DNA of 64,000 bases from NCBI GenBank assembly GCA_963706285.1, contig CAVPLU010000010.1:128001-192000 (forward strand). Reading direction: 5' to 3'. Source of the DNA: Candidatus Bathyarchaeota archaeon. Its GTDB lineage: Archaea > Thermoproteota > Bathyarchaeia > 40CM-2-53-6. Under the pieces are notes generated by a model that did not search any database, was not told where the DNA came from, and saw only the letters and a list, made by a program, of their open reading frames with translations. Of the stretch, positions 1 to 11,730 are shown one piece after another. The translations under genes were made by a program, and so were the position numbers. Numbering within the stretch: position 1 is the stretch's first letter; the number at the start of each line of letters is the position of its first letter.

Positions 1-165
1 CTTGACGCTCGGTACACGCATTTTCATGAAAAAGGGAGCGCGTCGGGTTTAAGATTCAGCTAAGAAGTGTCTAGGCATTAGAACAGGATGTTCCAACGCT
101 TGGATTCATATCAAAGGCAGTGCAGTATTCTTGCGATCACACAACCCATGATGGAGGTGAATTGA

Positions 166-921
166 ATGAGCGAAACTCAAGAGAAGCGGCTATTTGCACT
201 TGTCTTGATCCTTGTCGTAGTCGTAGCTGTGCTTGCAGGCTTCGCAGTATATGCTTCATACACGAAGCCGGCGTTTGTATCTTCTCCAGTTGCGTCTGAG
301 CAGAGGACGATCTCGGTGAGCGGCACTGGAGTCGTTTCTATGACTCCCGATATCGGCTGGTTCACGGCCTCCGTGGTAACACAAGCCGCAACTGCAGCTC
401 AGGCTGAACAGCAAAACAACGATGCGATGTCGAAAGTCATTTCCGCACTCAGGCAAGCTGGAATCGTTGACAAAGACATACAGACGGTTGCCTTCTCGCT
501 GACTCCGACATACCAAGATTCAAAGGATCCTACAAAGCCGCCAATACTCGTCGGCTACTCCGCGAGGCAGTCGATCAGTGTGACCGTCAGAGATGTAGCG
601 GCGATCGGCAAGATGCTTGACATCGCGATCTCGAGCGGAGCAAACGAGATGGGCGGAATCTACTTCGGACTCTCCGACGCCAAGGCACAACAGGCACAAT
701 CACAAGCACTCGACCTAGCCGTAAAGGATGCCAATAGCAAGGCCCAGGCAATTGCGAAGTCGGCCGGCGTCACGCTGGTTGGTCCAATCTCAATCAACCT
801 AGGGTCCTCGTATCAACCTGTCAGAGTGGGCCTCGCAGAGGCCGCAGCACAACCGGCGCCTATCATGCCAGGACAGCTGCAATACACCATTAATGTTCAG
901 ATCAACTACGCCTTCAGCTAG
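166..921 (+). CDS. SIMPL (DUF541) domain protein with N-terminal membrane anchor
   Basis: N-terminal TM helix, then RTISVSGTG..PD, IQT..FSLTPTY, G AN.MGGIYFGLSD, typical of the SIMPL family. Confidence 0.85.
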   Translation: MSETQEKRLFALVLILVVVVAVLAGFAVYASYTKPAFVSSPVASEQRTISVSGTGVVSMTPDIGWFTASVVTQAATAAQAEQQNNDAMSKVISALRQAGIVDKDIQTVAFSLTPTYQDSKDPTKPPILVGYSARQSISVTVRDVAAIGKMLDIAISSGANEMGGIYFGLSDAKAQQAQSQALDLAVKDANSKAQAIAKSAGVTLVGPISINLGSSYQPVRVGLAEAAAQPAPIMPGQLQYTINVQINYAFS

Positions 922-1043
922 ACGAGAATCAACCCTGATTTCTTCTCTGCGCAAGTTCTCGTAGCCGTTTCACTGGTCATCTGCACGAAGAGGGCAACCT
1001 TCATAATGCATGAGGACGATAAATCAAGCCTGAGGCATGTTCA

Positions 1044-1280
1044 ATGCCAATGGCCTTTGTTTTCATGAATATTGATGGAGGCGGCGAACAAGAAGTTCTG
1101 CAGCAACTTCGAAGCATTCCTAACGTCAAGGAATCATACATGGTCTACGGAGTATACGACCTCGTAGCGAAGGTTGAAGCTGACACCATGGACAAACTGA
1201 AAGAGATCGTTACATGGAAAGTACGTAGACTCGACAAGGTAAGATCAACCCTAACAACAATCGTGATGGAATCCGCATAA
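1044..1280 (+). CDS. Stand-alone Lrp/AsnC ligand-binding (RAM) domain protein
   Basis: 78 aa, AFVFMN...VYGVYDLVAKVEA...VRSTLT; no HTH. Confidence 0.9.
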   Translation: MPMAFVFMNIDGGGEQEVLQQLRSIPNVKESYMVYGVYDLVAKVEADTMDKLKEIVTWKVRRLDKVRSTLTTIVMESA

Positions 1281-1473
1281 CTCAGCCATCACTCGAACAA
1301 TCAGCGAACGAATAAGCAAGGACGCCTAGCAGACGATCGGCATCGTTTGAATACACTCCCCGAACCGTGGATTCTTGCAAGATCTGGAACTAGTCTCGCA
1401 AGCCATTGATACTATGATCAGATTGAAAAGTACCGTCGTTGAAGAACTTCTTCTTCAACCTTGAGGGAAGACT

Positions 1474-2013
1474 TTGACTGCAGGAACAAGTTCGAGACTG
1501 AGCGAATCTCCTAGCGTGTGGATGGCCACAATTCTCGTTATCATCTACGTGACTACTGGCATCTTAGCAGGGAACTTTCTAGAACCTGACCTCGGCGTTG
1601 TGTATCCATTTCTGCAAGTCAACGCCGAAGTTTGGCACGGGGCGATATGGATGCTCTTCACATCAATGTTCCTTCATGCAAACTTGCTGCATCTTGGAGG
1701 AAACGTGTTCTTTCTCCTTCTTTTTGGGACAGCATTGGAGGAGCAGGTTTCAGTGAATCGATGGATAATCACGTACTTCACAAGCGGCCTGGTGGGGAAC
1801 ATAGCATTTCTGTTTCTTGGCGGCGACGCTATCGGTGTCGGCGCATCAGGTGCCATCTGGGGACTCTTGGCAGCCGCGGGAGGAATCCGAGGACTCGTCG
1901 GGATGGTTTTCTACGGGGGACTTGACATTTTCGCGGGAGGAGGATTTCTAGCGCATGCAGGAGGTCTTGTCGCGGGGCTTGTTCTCAGGTTCTCTTGGCT
2001 GCGAAGGAAATGA
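1474..2013 (+). CDS. Rhomboid intramembrane serine protease
   Basis: FLHANLLHLGGN, catalytic GASG and AHAGG motifs; multiple TM helices. Confidence 0.9.
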   Translation: MTAGTSSRLSESPSVWMATILVIIYVTTGILAGNFLEPDLGVVYPFLQVNAEVWHGAIWMLFTSMFLHANLLHLGGNVFFLLLFGTALEEQVSVNRWIITYFTSGLVGNIAFLFLGGDAIGVGASGAIWGLLAAAGGIRGLVGMVFYGGLDIFAGGGFLAHAGGLVAGLVLRFSWLRRK

Positions 2014-2387
2014 GTGACCAGCCCGCGGTCCCGCTTTCTATATAGATCAAGACATCCGTGATTGCTGGACACGCTTTGTTTCTATCGCTCTTCAGCGTCG
2101 AAAGCAGTCAGGGGCGTCCGGCATTGGCCGATAGCTGGCGAAAACGTACAGAGAATATGTATCTACGGTGGGACGTAAGTTCGGTTTGTAAATAAAAGGG
2201 GTAGAGTAGTAAGGGGCGGTATATGTATGACAGTACGAAACATACTTCGATAGGCAGAATTCGAATTGATATCCAACGACCTCCAGAAGGATCGGCCACG
2301 GACGAGTTGAGCCCCACAGCTCAAATGCTTGTGCCACCGAGTTCACCGGCTAGACCTGCACGGCGACCGATATCGGCTTCTCACGGA

Positions 2388-2621
2388 TTGAAGCTTAGGG
2401 ACGTGGAGATCGTTATCCTTGAAGATAGATGCAAAGGCTGCTCATTCTGCATAGAGTTCTGCCCGAAAGCATGTTCTAGAGCAAGAGTACGAAGCTGAAC
2501 TTTAGAGGGGCTCATCCACCTCGAGTGAAGGACTCCGCCTCATGTGTTGGATGCGGAGTGTGTGAGGAAGTCTGCCCCGACTTCGCGATATTTCTCGGCT
2601 GAGAAGGGAGAGAGACGCTGA
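2388..2621 (+). CDS. 2-oxoacid:ferredoxin oxidoreductase delta subunit (2x[4Fe-4S]), frameshifted
   Basis: CKGCSFCIEFCP in one frame and CVGCGVCEEVCPDFAI in another; directly precedes the alpha subunit; start approximate. Confidence 0.8.
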
Positions 2622-3760
2622 GAAGAGACGTTCCTGCTGGCACTTACTTCACACTTGGAGACGTAGCTTGCGCCGAAGGCGCTCTGGCAGCTGGTTGCAG
2701 GTTCTTCGCCGGTTACCCAATCACGCCAGCCACAGAGATCGCTGAACACATGTCAAGGAGACTTCCTGAAGTTGGCGGCGTCTTCCTGCAAATGGAAGAT
2801 GAGATCGCCTCAATGGCTGCGGTGATCGGCGCATCATATGCCGGCGTCAAATCGATGACAGCCACATCAGGCCCAGGCTTCAGCTTGATGCAAGAGAACA
2901 TTGGGCTCGCAGCCATGACAGAGACGCCATGCGTTGTGGTGGACGTGATGCGTGCCGGACCGAGCACAGGTCAACCCACCAAGACAGGTCAACAGGATGT
3001 CATGCAGGCAAAGTGGGGATCTCACGGAGACTACGAAATAATCGCGCTTGCTCCATCATCCGTCCAAGAGATGTTCGATCTCACCATTGAAGCATTCAAC
3101 CTCTCAGAGACGTACAGGTGCCCAACCTTCCTGATGACTGACGAGATCGTCGGGCACCTGATGGAGAGACTCGCAATACCAGAACCAGAGAAGATCCGAT
3201 TGATTGATCGCAAGAAGCCCAGCGCACAACCGTCCGAATACTTACCTTTCCGAGCAGGAAAAGATCTTGTTCCAGAAATGGCGACCTTTGGCGAAGGATA
3301 CAGATTCTATGCCACGGGGCTGACTCATGATGAGAGTGGTCACCCACAAACCGACGCCGCAGGAGTACCACGCCGCATTGGTGCAGAGAATCTGCGACAA
3401 GATCCGCAACAACACCAAACGACATCAACAAAGTCGAGCGAGTCTTTCTAGATGATGCTGACGTGTGCATTGTTGCCTACGGAAGCGTGGCGAGATCTGC
3501 ACTTGCCGCTGTGGTCGAAGGACGAGAGAGAGGACTGAAGATCGGCCTCCTGCGGCTGGTCACAATTTGGCCATTCCCAGACGAAGGCAGTTGAGCAAGT
3601 GGCTTCTCAAGTGGACAAGATCCTGGTGCCTGAGATGAACTACGGCCAGCTGGTTCGTGAAGTCGAGAGAAGCGCAGGCCGCGAGAAAGTAACGTCGCTT
3701 CCGAAACTGGGAGACGCACTTCACACCCCCGAGGAGATTCTGGCTCAAGCAGTCAACTAG
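2618..3760 (+). CDS. korA: 2-oxoacid:ferredoxin oxidoreductase alpha subunit, frameshifted
   Basis: GYPITP upstream of the listed ORF, QMEDEIAS, TATSGPGFSLMQE, RAGPSTGQPT; C-terminus (AYGSVARSA, VPEMNYGQL) in other frames after 1-nt indels near 3365-3420 and 3585. Confidence 0.9.
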
Positions 3761-3780
3761 ACGATGGGGGAACACGTGAA

Positions 3781-4630
3781 ATGTCAGCAGTTGAACACCC
3801 ACTTGACGACTACACAAGAAACGGGATGATCCCCCACATATGGTGTACCGGTTGTGGCAACGGCATCATACTCGGAGAATTCGCCAGAGCTTTGGACGAA
3901 CTCAAGTACGACAGGAACAAGATCGTTGTAGTGTCAGGAATTGGTTGCATAGGAAGAATCTCAGGATACACCAACACTGACTCATTTCACACGACACACG
4001 GTCGAGCATTAGCTTTCGCTGTAGGAGTGAAAGCCGCGAGACCGGACCTGAAGCCCGTTGTCATCAGTGGAGACGGCGACCTTTTCGCGATAGGAGGAAA
4101 TCATTTCATTCACGCCGCTAGACGGAACGTCGATATCACGGTAATCTGTTCCAACAACTTCAACTATGGCATGACTGGCGGCCAATCTGGCCCCACGACG
4201 CCGATCGGCGCATTCACAACAACAACTCGATACGGCAACATTGAACACCCATTCAATCTGGTTCACTTGGCCGCAGCCTCAGGAGCAGTCTATGTGGCAC
4301 GATGGACAGCAATTCATGTGAAACGTATCAGAGAATCCATGAAGAAAGCCATCAGCAAGAAAGGCTTCAGCTTCATAGAAATCATAACACCATGCCCAGA
4401 AGAATACGGGCGGAGAAACAAGATCGCAGACCCCGTTCTTGACATGAAGAGGCTGATAGAAATCAGCGAAGTCCGATCCTTCATCGATCCGATCAAGGCG
4501 AAGTCGGGCCTGACAAGATCATTGTCGGAGAATTCGTTGACATTGAGAAACCGGAGTTCAGCGATCTTCTGTGGGAGATAGAATCGATCAGTTCAGGCAG
4601 ACCTTGAGAAAGCAGGGAGGCGCACCAATG
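3781..4630 (+). CDS. korB: 2-oxoacid:ferredoxin oxidoreductase beta subunit (TPP-binding), indel near 3' end
   Basis: WCTGCG, SGIGC, HGRA, GDGD..IGGNH, NYGMTGGQ; end approximate. Confidence 0.9.
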
Positions 4631-5194
4631 TCGCGCTTTGAGGTAAGAATAGCCGGTCAAGGCGGACAGGGAATCGTGACCGCCGGCGTGATGATTGGAA
4701 GAGCCGCCTCAGTATTCGGCGGAAAGAACGTTACCCTGACGCAATCCTACGGTCCCGAGTCAAGAGGAGGAGCCTCCAAAGTCGAAGTCATCGTCTCCGA
4801 CGAAAAGATACACTATCCAAAGATCCGCAAACCAAACGTGATTGCGATCATGTCACAGGAAGCCTATCAGGAAGAACCTCGAAGATTTGAACGGAAACGC
4901 AATCGTCATCCTCGACCCTGACATGGTACAAGAGGACCAACCAATCACGCCAAGAAAATCTACCGCGTGCCTGCTACACGCATCGCCGAGAGTCTTGGCA
5001 AGCGTATAGTCGCGAATATGGTGATGGTCGGCGCCATAATCGGCCTGACCAGACATGGTGGATACAGTCATCTGTCGAAAAGGCAATTGCCAGAGTATAC
5101 TCCGAGAGGCACGGAAGAACTGAACCTTAACGCCTTCAAGAACGGTCGCGAATACGCCCAAAAACTACTTCAAGAACAAGCGGTCACCGCGTAG
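4628..5194 (+). CDS. 2-oxoacid:ferredoxin oxidoreductase gamma subunit, frameshifted
   Basis: [34 protein letters not shown] split over ORFs 4571-4921 and 4967-5194. Confidence 0.85.
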
Positions 5195-5231
5195 CAAGCA
5201 TGATAAGAGAGCAAGCCTCTCGCGCTCCGAC

Positions 5232-7741
5232 TTGGACTTGGACCAAGACGCAGGTTCCGGCAAGATTGGTGTCTACATCTGCCACTGCGGCCTAAACATA
5301 GCCGGGACGCTTGACTGCGAAAGCCTCACCAAGTATGCGTCAAGTCTTCCAAACGTGCTAGTAGCCCGCGATTACAGGTACATGTGCGCCGACCCAGGAC
5401 AGACCCTCATAAAGAAGGACATAAAGGAACTCGGCCTCAACAGAGTGGTCGTTGCCGCATGTTCACCACGAATGCATGAGCCAACCTTCCGGAAGTGCGT
5501 TTCTGAAGCCGGATTGAACCCGTACCTCTTTGAGATGGCTAACATTCGCGAACACTGTTCTTGGTGTCACCCTCACGCCGATGAAGTTGCCAATGAGAAA
5601 GCGAGAGACCTGATCGCGTCAGCAGTTGCGAAAGCCCGCCACCTCATGCCCCTTGAGGAGATAGAAGTTGGAGTAGAGCAGCGTGCACTGGTCATAGGAG
5701 GCGGCGTTTCGGGAATTCAAGCAGCGCTCGATCTTTCAGACATGGGATACGAAGTATATCTCGTTGAGAGAGAGCCGAGCATCGGCGGAAGAATGGCTCA
5801 GCTTGACAAGACCTTTCCAACATTGGATTGCTCGATCTGCATCCTAGGCCCGTTAATGGTGGATGTATCACGTAGGCCAAACGTGAAACTTCTCGCATGC
5901 TCGGAGGTCGAACGTGTCGACGGATACGTCGGAAATTTCCGAGTCACAGTGAACTCGCAGACCACAATATGTGGATTCAAGCAAATGCAATGCATGCGGC
6001 GAATGCGCCAAAGTCTGTCCGGTTGAGATTCCTAACGACTTTGAAGCTAGCCTCGGTTGGCGAAAGGCAATATACACGCCTTTCCCTCAAGCCGTCCCAT
6101 CCACATACGTACTGGACGACAAGAGCTGCCTCGGCCTCCTTCCACTCGCTTGCTCAAAATGCAAAGAGGCATGCGACAAATCCGGAGCTCAAGCCATCAA
6201 CTATGACGCACGTCCCGACACTCGTTGAATTCAAGGTTGGCACAATCATCGTAGCAACAGGCTACGACCTTCTAGACGCGTCAGCGATCAGAGAGTACGG
6301 ATACGGGATCTACCCGAACGTGATGACATGTCTTGAACTCGAGAGAATGATCAACGCGGCTGGACCGACCGGTGGAAAAGTCATTCGCCCATCAGATGAA
6401 AAGCCGCCGAAACGCGTAGCCTTCATCCAATGTGTCGGATCCAGAGATGAGAAACGAAGCGCGTACTGCTCGGGTTTCTGCTGCATGTACACGATAAAGA
6501 ACGCCGTCCTTCTCAAAGAACACTACCCGGACTTGGAGATTCACATCTTCTACGTGGACATGCGAACGAGCTTCAAAGGATACGAGGAATTCTACCGCAG
6601 AGCAAGAGAGATGGGAATCACATTCATACGCGGCAAACCAGCCGAACTCTCAGAAGACCCAACCACAAGCAACCTGGTCGTATACTCCGAGAACCAAATG
6701 ACTGGAAAAGCGATGACTCTCGAAGCCGACCTGGTTGTGCTTGCGCAGGCGGCAGTGCCTCGCGCTGGAACAGACAAGCTCACCAGAACACTGAACATTA
6801 TGAGAGACAGCTCAGGCTTTCTCCTAGAAGCTCACCCGAAACTGAAACCAATAGACACCGCAACAAGTGGAATATTCATCTGCGGCTCGGCTCAAGGGCC
6901 GAAAGATATACCGTTCAGCGTCGCCCAAGGAAGCGCCGCAGCAGCAAGAGCTGCACGAATCCTCTCCAAAGACAAATGGATGATCGAACCGATCGTAGCG
7001 TCAGTCTCAAGAGACCTCTGCATACGCGTTAGAGATCCAAAAGCCGAATGCGGAATCTGCGTCACCAGATGCGCATTCCAAGCAATCAGCGCGGAAAAAG
7101 GCCAAGCCGCCATCATCAATCCGGCGAAATGTCAGGGTTGCGGAACATGCGTTGCAGAATGCCCACACAACGCGATAACACAGATGCATTTCACAGACGA
7201 GCAGATACTCTCACAAATCCGCGAACTTCTACGAAACGAGCCTGAGAAGAAGATCTTAGCGTTCCTCTGCAACTGGTGCAGCTACGCTGGCGCCGATCTC
7301 GCTGGAACAAGCCGATTCGAGTACCCACCCAACGTGAGGACCGTCAGAGTCATGTGTTCAGGGAGAGTTGACAGAGACTTCATCACGTCCGCCTTCACGA
7401 TGGGTGCAGGCATGGTGCTTGTGTCTGGATGCAGACTCACCGAAATGGGAAACGACTGCCACTACATATCAGGCAACGTCTGGGCTAAGAAACGAGTTGA
7501 AACACTCAGACGAACGCTAGAAGCAACGGGAATAAGTGGAGAAAGGCTCAGGCTCGAATGGATCTCAGCAGCGGAAGGCCAGAAGTTCGCTGACCTCATA
7601 CGCGACATGAACGAGAAACTCAAAGCGCTAAGCCCCAAGCAAGGTTCGAGAAGAAAACGAAAGAGCAAGACCGAGACTCTAGAGAGGATGCTCGAACACT
7701 CAACACCATCTCAACAAACGATACCCGCGAAGATCGAGTAG
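5232..7741 (+). CDS. hdrA: Heterodisulfide reductase subunit A fused to MvhD (HdrA-MvhD), two 1-nt indels
   Basis: [52 protein letters not shown], ferredoxin motifs; C-terminal Mvh[33 protein letters not shown]. Confidence 0.9.
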
Positions 7742-7753
7742 AACAAGGCGAAA

Positions 7754-8271
7754 TTGTTGAACGCCATCGAGAAACTGCAAACGCTCTCGGAAGATCGTAG
7801 ACTTACGCAAGAAACTCGCGGTCTGTTATCAATGCGGCATGTGTACAGGAGGCTGTCCGAGTAGCGCATGCGAGACCAGACTACAACCCTAGGCGCATAC
7901 TGGAGGCGATAATCCTTGGACAGTACGATGAGATTCTCTCTTCAGATCTCATCTGGCTTGTGCGCGTCCTGTCAATTCATGTTTGGAGAGGTGCCCACAA
8001 AAGATCGAGCTATCTGAACTTTTCATAGAATCTGAAGAACGCGGCTGCCGAGAACGGCAACATCCCCAGGCTGCTGCTAGAACGGGCGAAAAGAATTGCG
8101 GACACTGGGCAATCCACGCCGATTTCAAAGGCAAGTCTGGTTTGGAGAGAGAAACTAGGACTGGCGCCGCTCAGCCAAGTCAATGTTGAGGAAGTTCGCA
8201 CCCTGCTGGAGGCCACCAAGTTCCCAGGCTGGGTCGAGCGAAGGAGAGAGCAGCGTCAATGGAGCAAGTGA
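7754..8271 (+). CDS. hdrC: Heterodisulfide reductase subunit C, multiple indels
   Basis: Pieces read CYQCGMCTGGCP, YNPRRILEAI, IWLC..C..CLERCPQKI across frames. Confidence 0.75.
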
Positions 8272-9157
8272 GCTAGATACGCGTGGTTCCCTGGCTGTTG
8301 GGTCTCCAACCGGATGCCCTACATTGAAGCTGCAGATAAGAAAGTGTCTCGAAGCATTCGGAATCGAGCTTGCTGAAATGAAAGGCGCACAATGCTGCCC
8401 CGAACCATACGCGGTCTTAGGGCTCGGCAGAGACGCATGGTTTGCATTAGCAGGCCGAAACCTCACAATAGCAGAAGAAATGAAACAAGACATCCTCACG
8501 CCATGCCCAGGATGCTACAACACTCTAAGAACAGCCCAGTCATGAGATGAGAGAGCGACGCGTCACAGCGGCAAAGAACTAACGATCTGCTCTCCAAGAT
8601 CGGTCGAGAACTACAAAGGACGAGTCGAAGGTGGAGCACACGGCCACTCTACTCCACAACAAGGTAGGGACTCGAAAGAGATCAAGCGGCGCAATCAAGC
8701 GGCCGCTAGTAGGTCTCAAAGTGGCGACTCACTACGGATGTCATCTCTCTGCGACCAAGCAGAATAACAGGCATCGAAGATTCGGAAAGACCAGTATTCC
8801 TTGATCAATCTGGTCGAGATCACGGGTGCGACGAGTGTGCCATACATGAGGAAGACATTGTGCTGCGGTGGCCCCATAAGCTCCGTAGATGAGAACACCT
8901 CATACGCAATAGCTCGAGAGAAACTCCTCAAAGTCAAACAGGCTGGCGCAGATTGCCTTGTCGTGGCATGCCCAGCTTGCATGATACAATACGACACAAA
9001 CCAACGATCAATCGAGAAAACTTTCAACGAGACCTACGAACTTCCAGTCCTGTATCACACAGAACTTCTATGCCTCGCAATGGGAATACCGACGGATCAG
9101 GACTCGGTTTTCCTCACCAAACGAAACTGGACAAGATCCTCGAGAAGCTCAAAATGA
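8259..9157 (+). CDS. hdrB: Heterodisulfide reductase subunit B, multiple indels
   Basis: YAWFPGC, CCPEP, TPCPGC, HYGCH, CCGG, ACPACMIQYD (two CCG domains); 8520-8760 is very noisy. Confidence 0.8.
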
Positions 9158-9283
9158 ATGCGCCTGAGGTTTCAGCAAGAACCTAATTTCATCATCATGC
9201 GAAGGTTCAGTCTCGTGAGGCTGAGATAGGCAATCCTTAAACCGACTGTTGTTGGATCGCCACGCCTTCGAAGGCACTGCTCG

Positions 9284-9964
9284 ATGCTTATTGGAACCCT
9301 CATCAACATTGTCGCCATCGCCATTGGAACACTCATCGGTTTCGCATTGAAGCAGAGACTTCCTGAACGAATCAGTTCAATCGCTGTGCAATGTCTTGGA
9401 CTTGTGACAGCTCTCATCGGTCTCAAGATGGTAATCACCACACAAAACCCGTTGATAATCCTCGTAAGCATGGTGACGGGAGGAATACTGGGCGAGCTCC
9501 TACGAATTGAGGAGAGGCTCGATAGACTCGGAGCGAGAGTCGAGACCAAATTCAGCAAGGAACACGGGACATTCGCGAAAGCCTTCGTAACCTCAACGCT
9601 CCTGTACTGCGTGGGCCCAATGGCTATCGTTGGCTCGCTTCAAGATGGTCTACGCGGCGATTACTCGGTCCTGCTAACAAAGTCCGTAATGGACGGAATA
9701 GCATCCGTCGCGTTCGCTTCAACGCTCGGGATCGGAGTCCTATTCTCCACACTACCTCTCGCAGCCTACCAAGGAAGCATCACTTTGGGCGCCTCACTGC
9801 TCGAGCCTTATCTCACTACATCAATGATCACTGAGATGACGGCAACAGGTGGATTGCTCATCATAGGTATCGCAATGAATATGCTTCAAATCGCGAAAAT
9901 CAGAGTCGGAAACCTGCTACCCGCCATTCTCATCGCAGCCATCCTTGCCGCATTCATGCTGTGA
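9284..9964 (+). CDS. DUF554 (YdfK/YqgA-like) membrane protein
   Basis: GTLIN, LLYCVGPMAIVGS, LLTKSVMDG, GIGVLFS, YQGSIT. Confidence 0.9.
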   Translation: MLIGTLINIVAIAIGTLIGFALKQRLPERISSIAVQCLGLVTALIGLKMVITTQNPLIILVSMVTGGILGELLRIEERLDRLGARVETKFSKEHGTFAKAFVTSTLLYCVGPMAIVGSLQDGLRGDYSVLLTKSVMDGIASVAFASTLGIGVLFSTLPLAAYQGSITLGASLLEPYLTTSMITEMTATGGLLIIGIAMNMLQIAKIRVGNLLPAILIAAILAAFML

Positions 9965-10044
9965 GACTACCGAAGAGTCGCAAATCTCATTCTGGTCCGT
10001 GGTAGTGCTCAGACTTATTCTCGCTCGGTTTCAGTACTCTCGTT

Positions 10045-10638
10045 CTATTTTCTGAGAGAAACGATGAGAAATCCGATTCCGCCTGCAACAACGCCGATCC
10101 CGGTGACCAAGAGCATTGCTCCAACTATAGGCACGAATTGGGCGAGGATTTGTTCTGCCACCTTTTCTATGGTCCATCCTAGTCCACCTTGGCTGGGTGG
10201 GCCGAGTGCAATATCGCCCCAAAAGCCGGCGTATATCATTGGCCATGTAGCTCCGGCGATTCCGACGTTCATCAACACCAGATGAATCCATGCAAACAGA
10301 TTGGCTACACCTCGGTACGTTTTTCCCATCACGATCTCAACGTGATGGTAGAGCAACGCTGTCAATGCGACACCAACTACACCCACCACGACGTACATGG
10401 CAAAGAATCCGAAAAGCGCTGCCAGCTCAACAAAGCCTGCAGCAGGAACCGCCAGGATCGTCGCGACCAAGCCAGCTGCAACGGATGGGAGCCCGATGAG
10501 GACCACAGCCAGAAGAATCATGATGACGGTTGCTATCAATCCCTGAATCATTGCAGCCCGCATGAATCTCCTTGACCAGATACTTACTGGTTTTAGACTG
10601 TCGAGGAGATCTTTTTTCGAGTACAAGCTTCCTCCCAA
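10045..10638 (-). CDS. Hypothetical 4-TM membrane protein
   Basis: 197-aa ORF with four hydrophobic helices and AWIHLVLMNVG; recalled as resembling conserved TACK hypothetical proteins. Confidence 0.7.
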   Translation of the reverse strand: MGGSLYSKKDLLDSLKPVSIWSRRFMRAAMIQGLIATVIMILLAVVLIGLPSVAAGLVATILAVPAAGFVELAALFGFFAMYVVVGVVGVALTALLYHHVEIVMGKTYRGVANLFAWIHLVLMNVGIAGATWPMIYAGFWGDIALGPPSQGGLGWTIEKVAEQILAQFVPIVGAMLLVTGIGVVAGGIGFLIVSLRK

Positions 10639-10691
10639 GGACTAACATGCCCACGCCGCAGAGATATAGCTGATTACTTTTCCAAGCTCGC

Positions 10692-11096
10692 TTATGTGGA
10701 CTGCAACTCCTGCAATAGTTCCACTACGCGCTCGTGAATGGTATCTCGTATTGATCGGATCTCACCCAGCGTCTTTCCTTTTGGATCTTCAATTCCCCAA
10801 TCCTTGATCTTGGGCAGGAATTTCGCGGGGCAAAAATCTGATCCCTCACATCCCATCGTTATGATCTTCTCAGCCTTCGTGATCATTTCTGTTGAAACGA
10901 GTTTCGGTTTGCTGTTGCTTGCGTCAATTCCGATCTCTCTGAGAGCTTGCACGACGAGCGGATTGACCTCGCTGGCTGGTTTTGTTCCTGCGCTGATTGC
11001 TTGAAAACCATCGGGTTTGAGCTTGTTGAAGATGGCTTCGGCCATCTGGCTTCTGCCCGCATTTCCGACGCAAACGAAGAGAACGGTTCGAGTCAA
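10692..11096 (-). CDS. arsC: Arsenate reductase / low-molecular-weight PTP family
   Basis: FVCVGNAGRSQMAE P-loop, SAGT, ITMGC..CP, DWGIEDPKG. Confidence 0.85.
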   Translation of the reverse strand: MTRTVLFVCVGNAGRSQMAEAIFNKLKPDGFQAISAGTKPASEVNPLVVQALREIGIDASNSKPKLVSTEMITKAEKIITMGCEGSDFCPAKFLPKIKDWGIEDPKGKTLGEIRSIRDTIHERVVELLQELQST

Positions 11097-11124
11097 GATC
11101 CCTCACGCCTATGGGGTATACTTG

Positions 11125-11682
11125 AAGCTAGGTTACGCGATCGCAGACATAAAACGATCAATCGAGCTTGGATTCAGAGGCTTCTTAGTCGTTGACGAAG
11201 GCCTCCTTTGGGCACTCAACGAACTCCGCAAAATCGGCGAGATCCCCAAGGATGTGAAGTTCAAAGTCTCGATCTTGGCGGGCCACGCGAACCCGGCCGG
11301 AGCAAAAGTGGTGGAGAGTCTCGGCGCAGACACACTAAACCCAGTAGCGGATCTCAGCCTGCCACAACTTGCAGCCATCCGAGCCGCCGTCAACATACCC
11401 GTTGACATTCATGTCTACATGCTCGATTCATTCGGCGGGTTCAATCGATTCTACGAATGCCCCGAACTCAGTCGAATAACCGCACCATGCTACTTCAAGA
11501 TCGAGCCGGGGACAGGCTTCGGAGCGATGTACAAGCCTTGGGTTTCACCTGAAAGCCATGCATTCTCCGCCAGAGAGAAAGTCAAACACGCAGAAATCAT
11601 CAAAGAACTAGTCCAGAAACACTACCCCGAAGCCAAACTCTCAGAAAGAGGAACGAAAGACCTCGCAATACCACAACCCTAG
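11125..11682 (+). pseudogene. 5'-truncated U32-peptidase-like TIM-barrel protein (C-terminal half only)
   Basis: YAIADIKRSIELGFRGFLVVDEGLLW..FKVSILAGHANP..RFYECPEL..APCYFKIEPG; upstream sequence is the divergent arsC, so the N-terminal part expected for the family is absent. Confidence 0.6.
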
Positions 11683-11730
11683 ATTCACTATTGTTCAGAC
11701 CATGTTACGCTAACTCAAAGACACAGAGAA

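Noticed and set aside
2388-9157. Many frameshifts in OFOR and Hdr genes as pseudogenisation, programmed frameshifting or introns
   Set aside because: Each break I could resolve is a 1-nt indel, often at short homopolymers, with conserved protein on both sides and no hairpin insert. This is most consistent with long-read consensus error.
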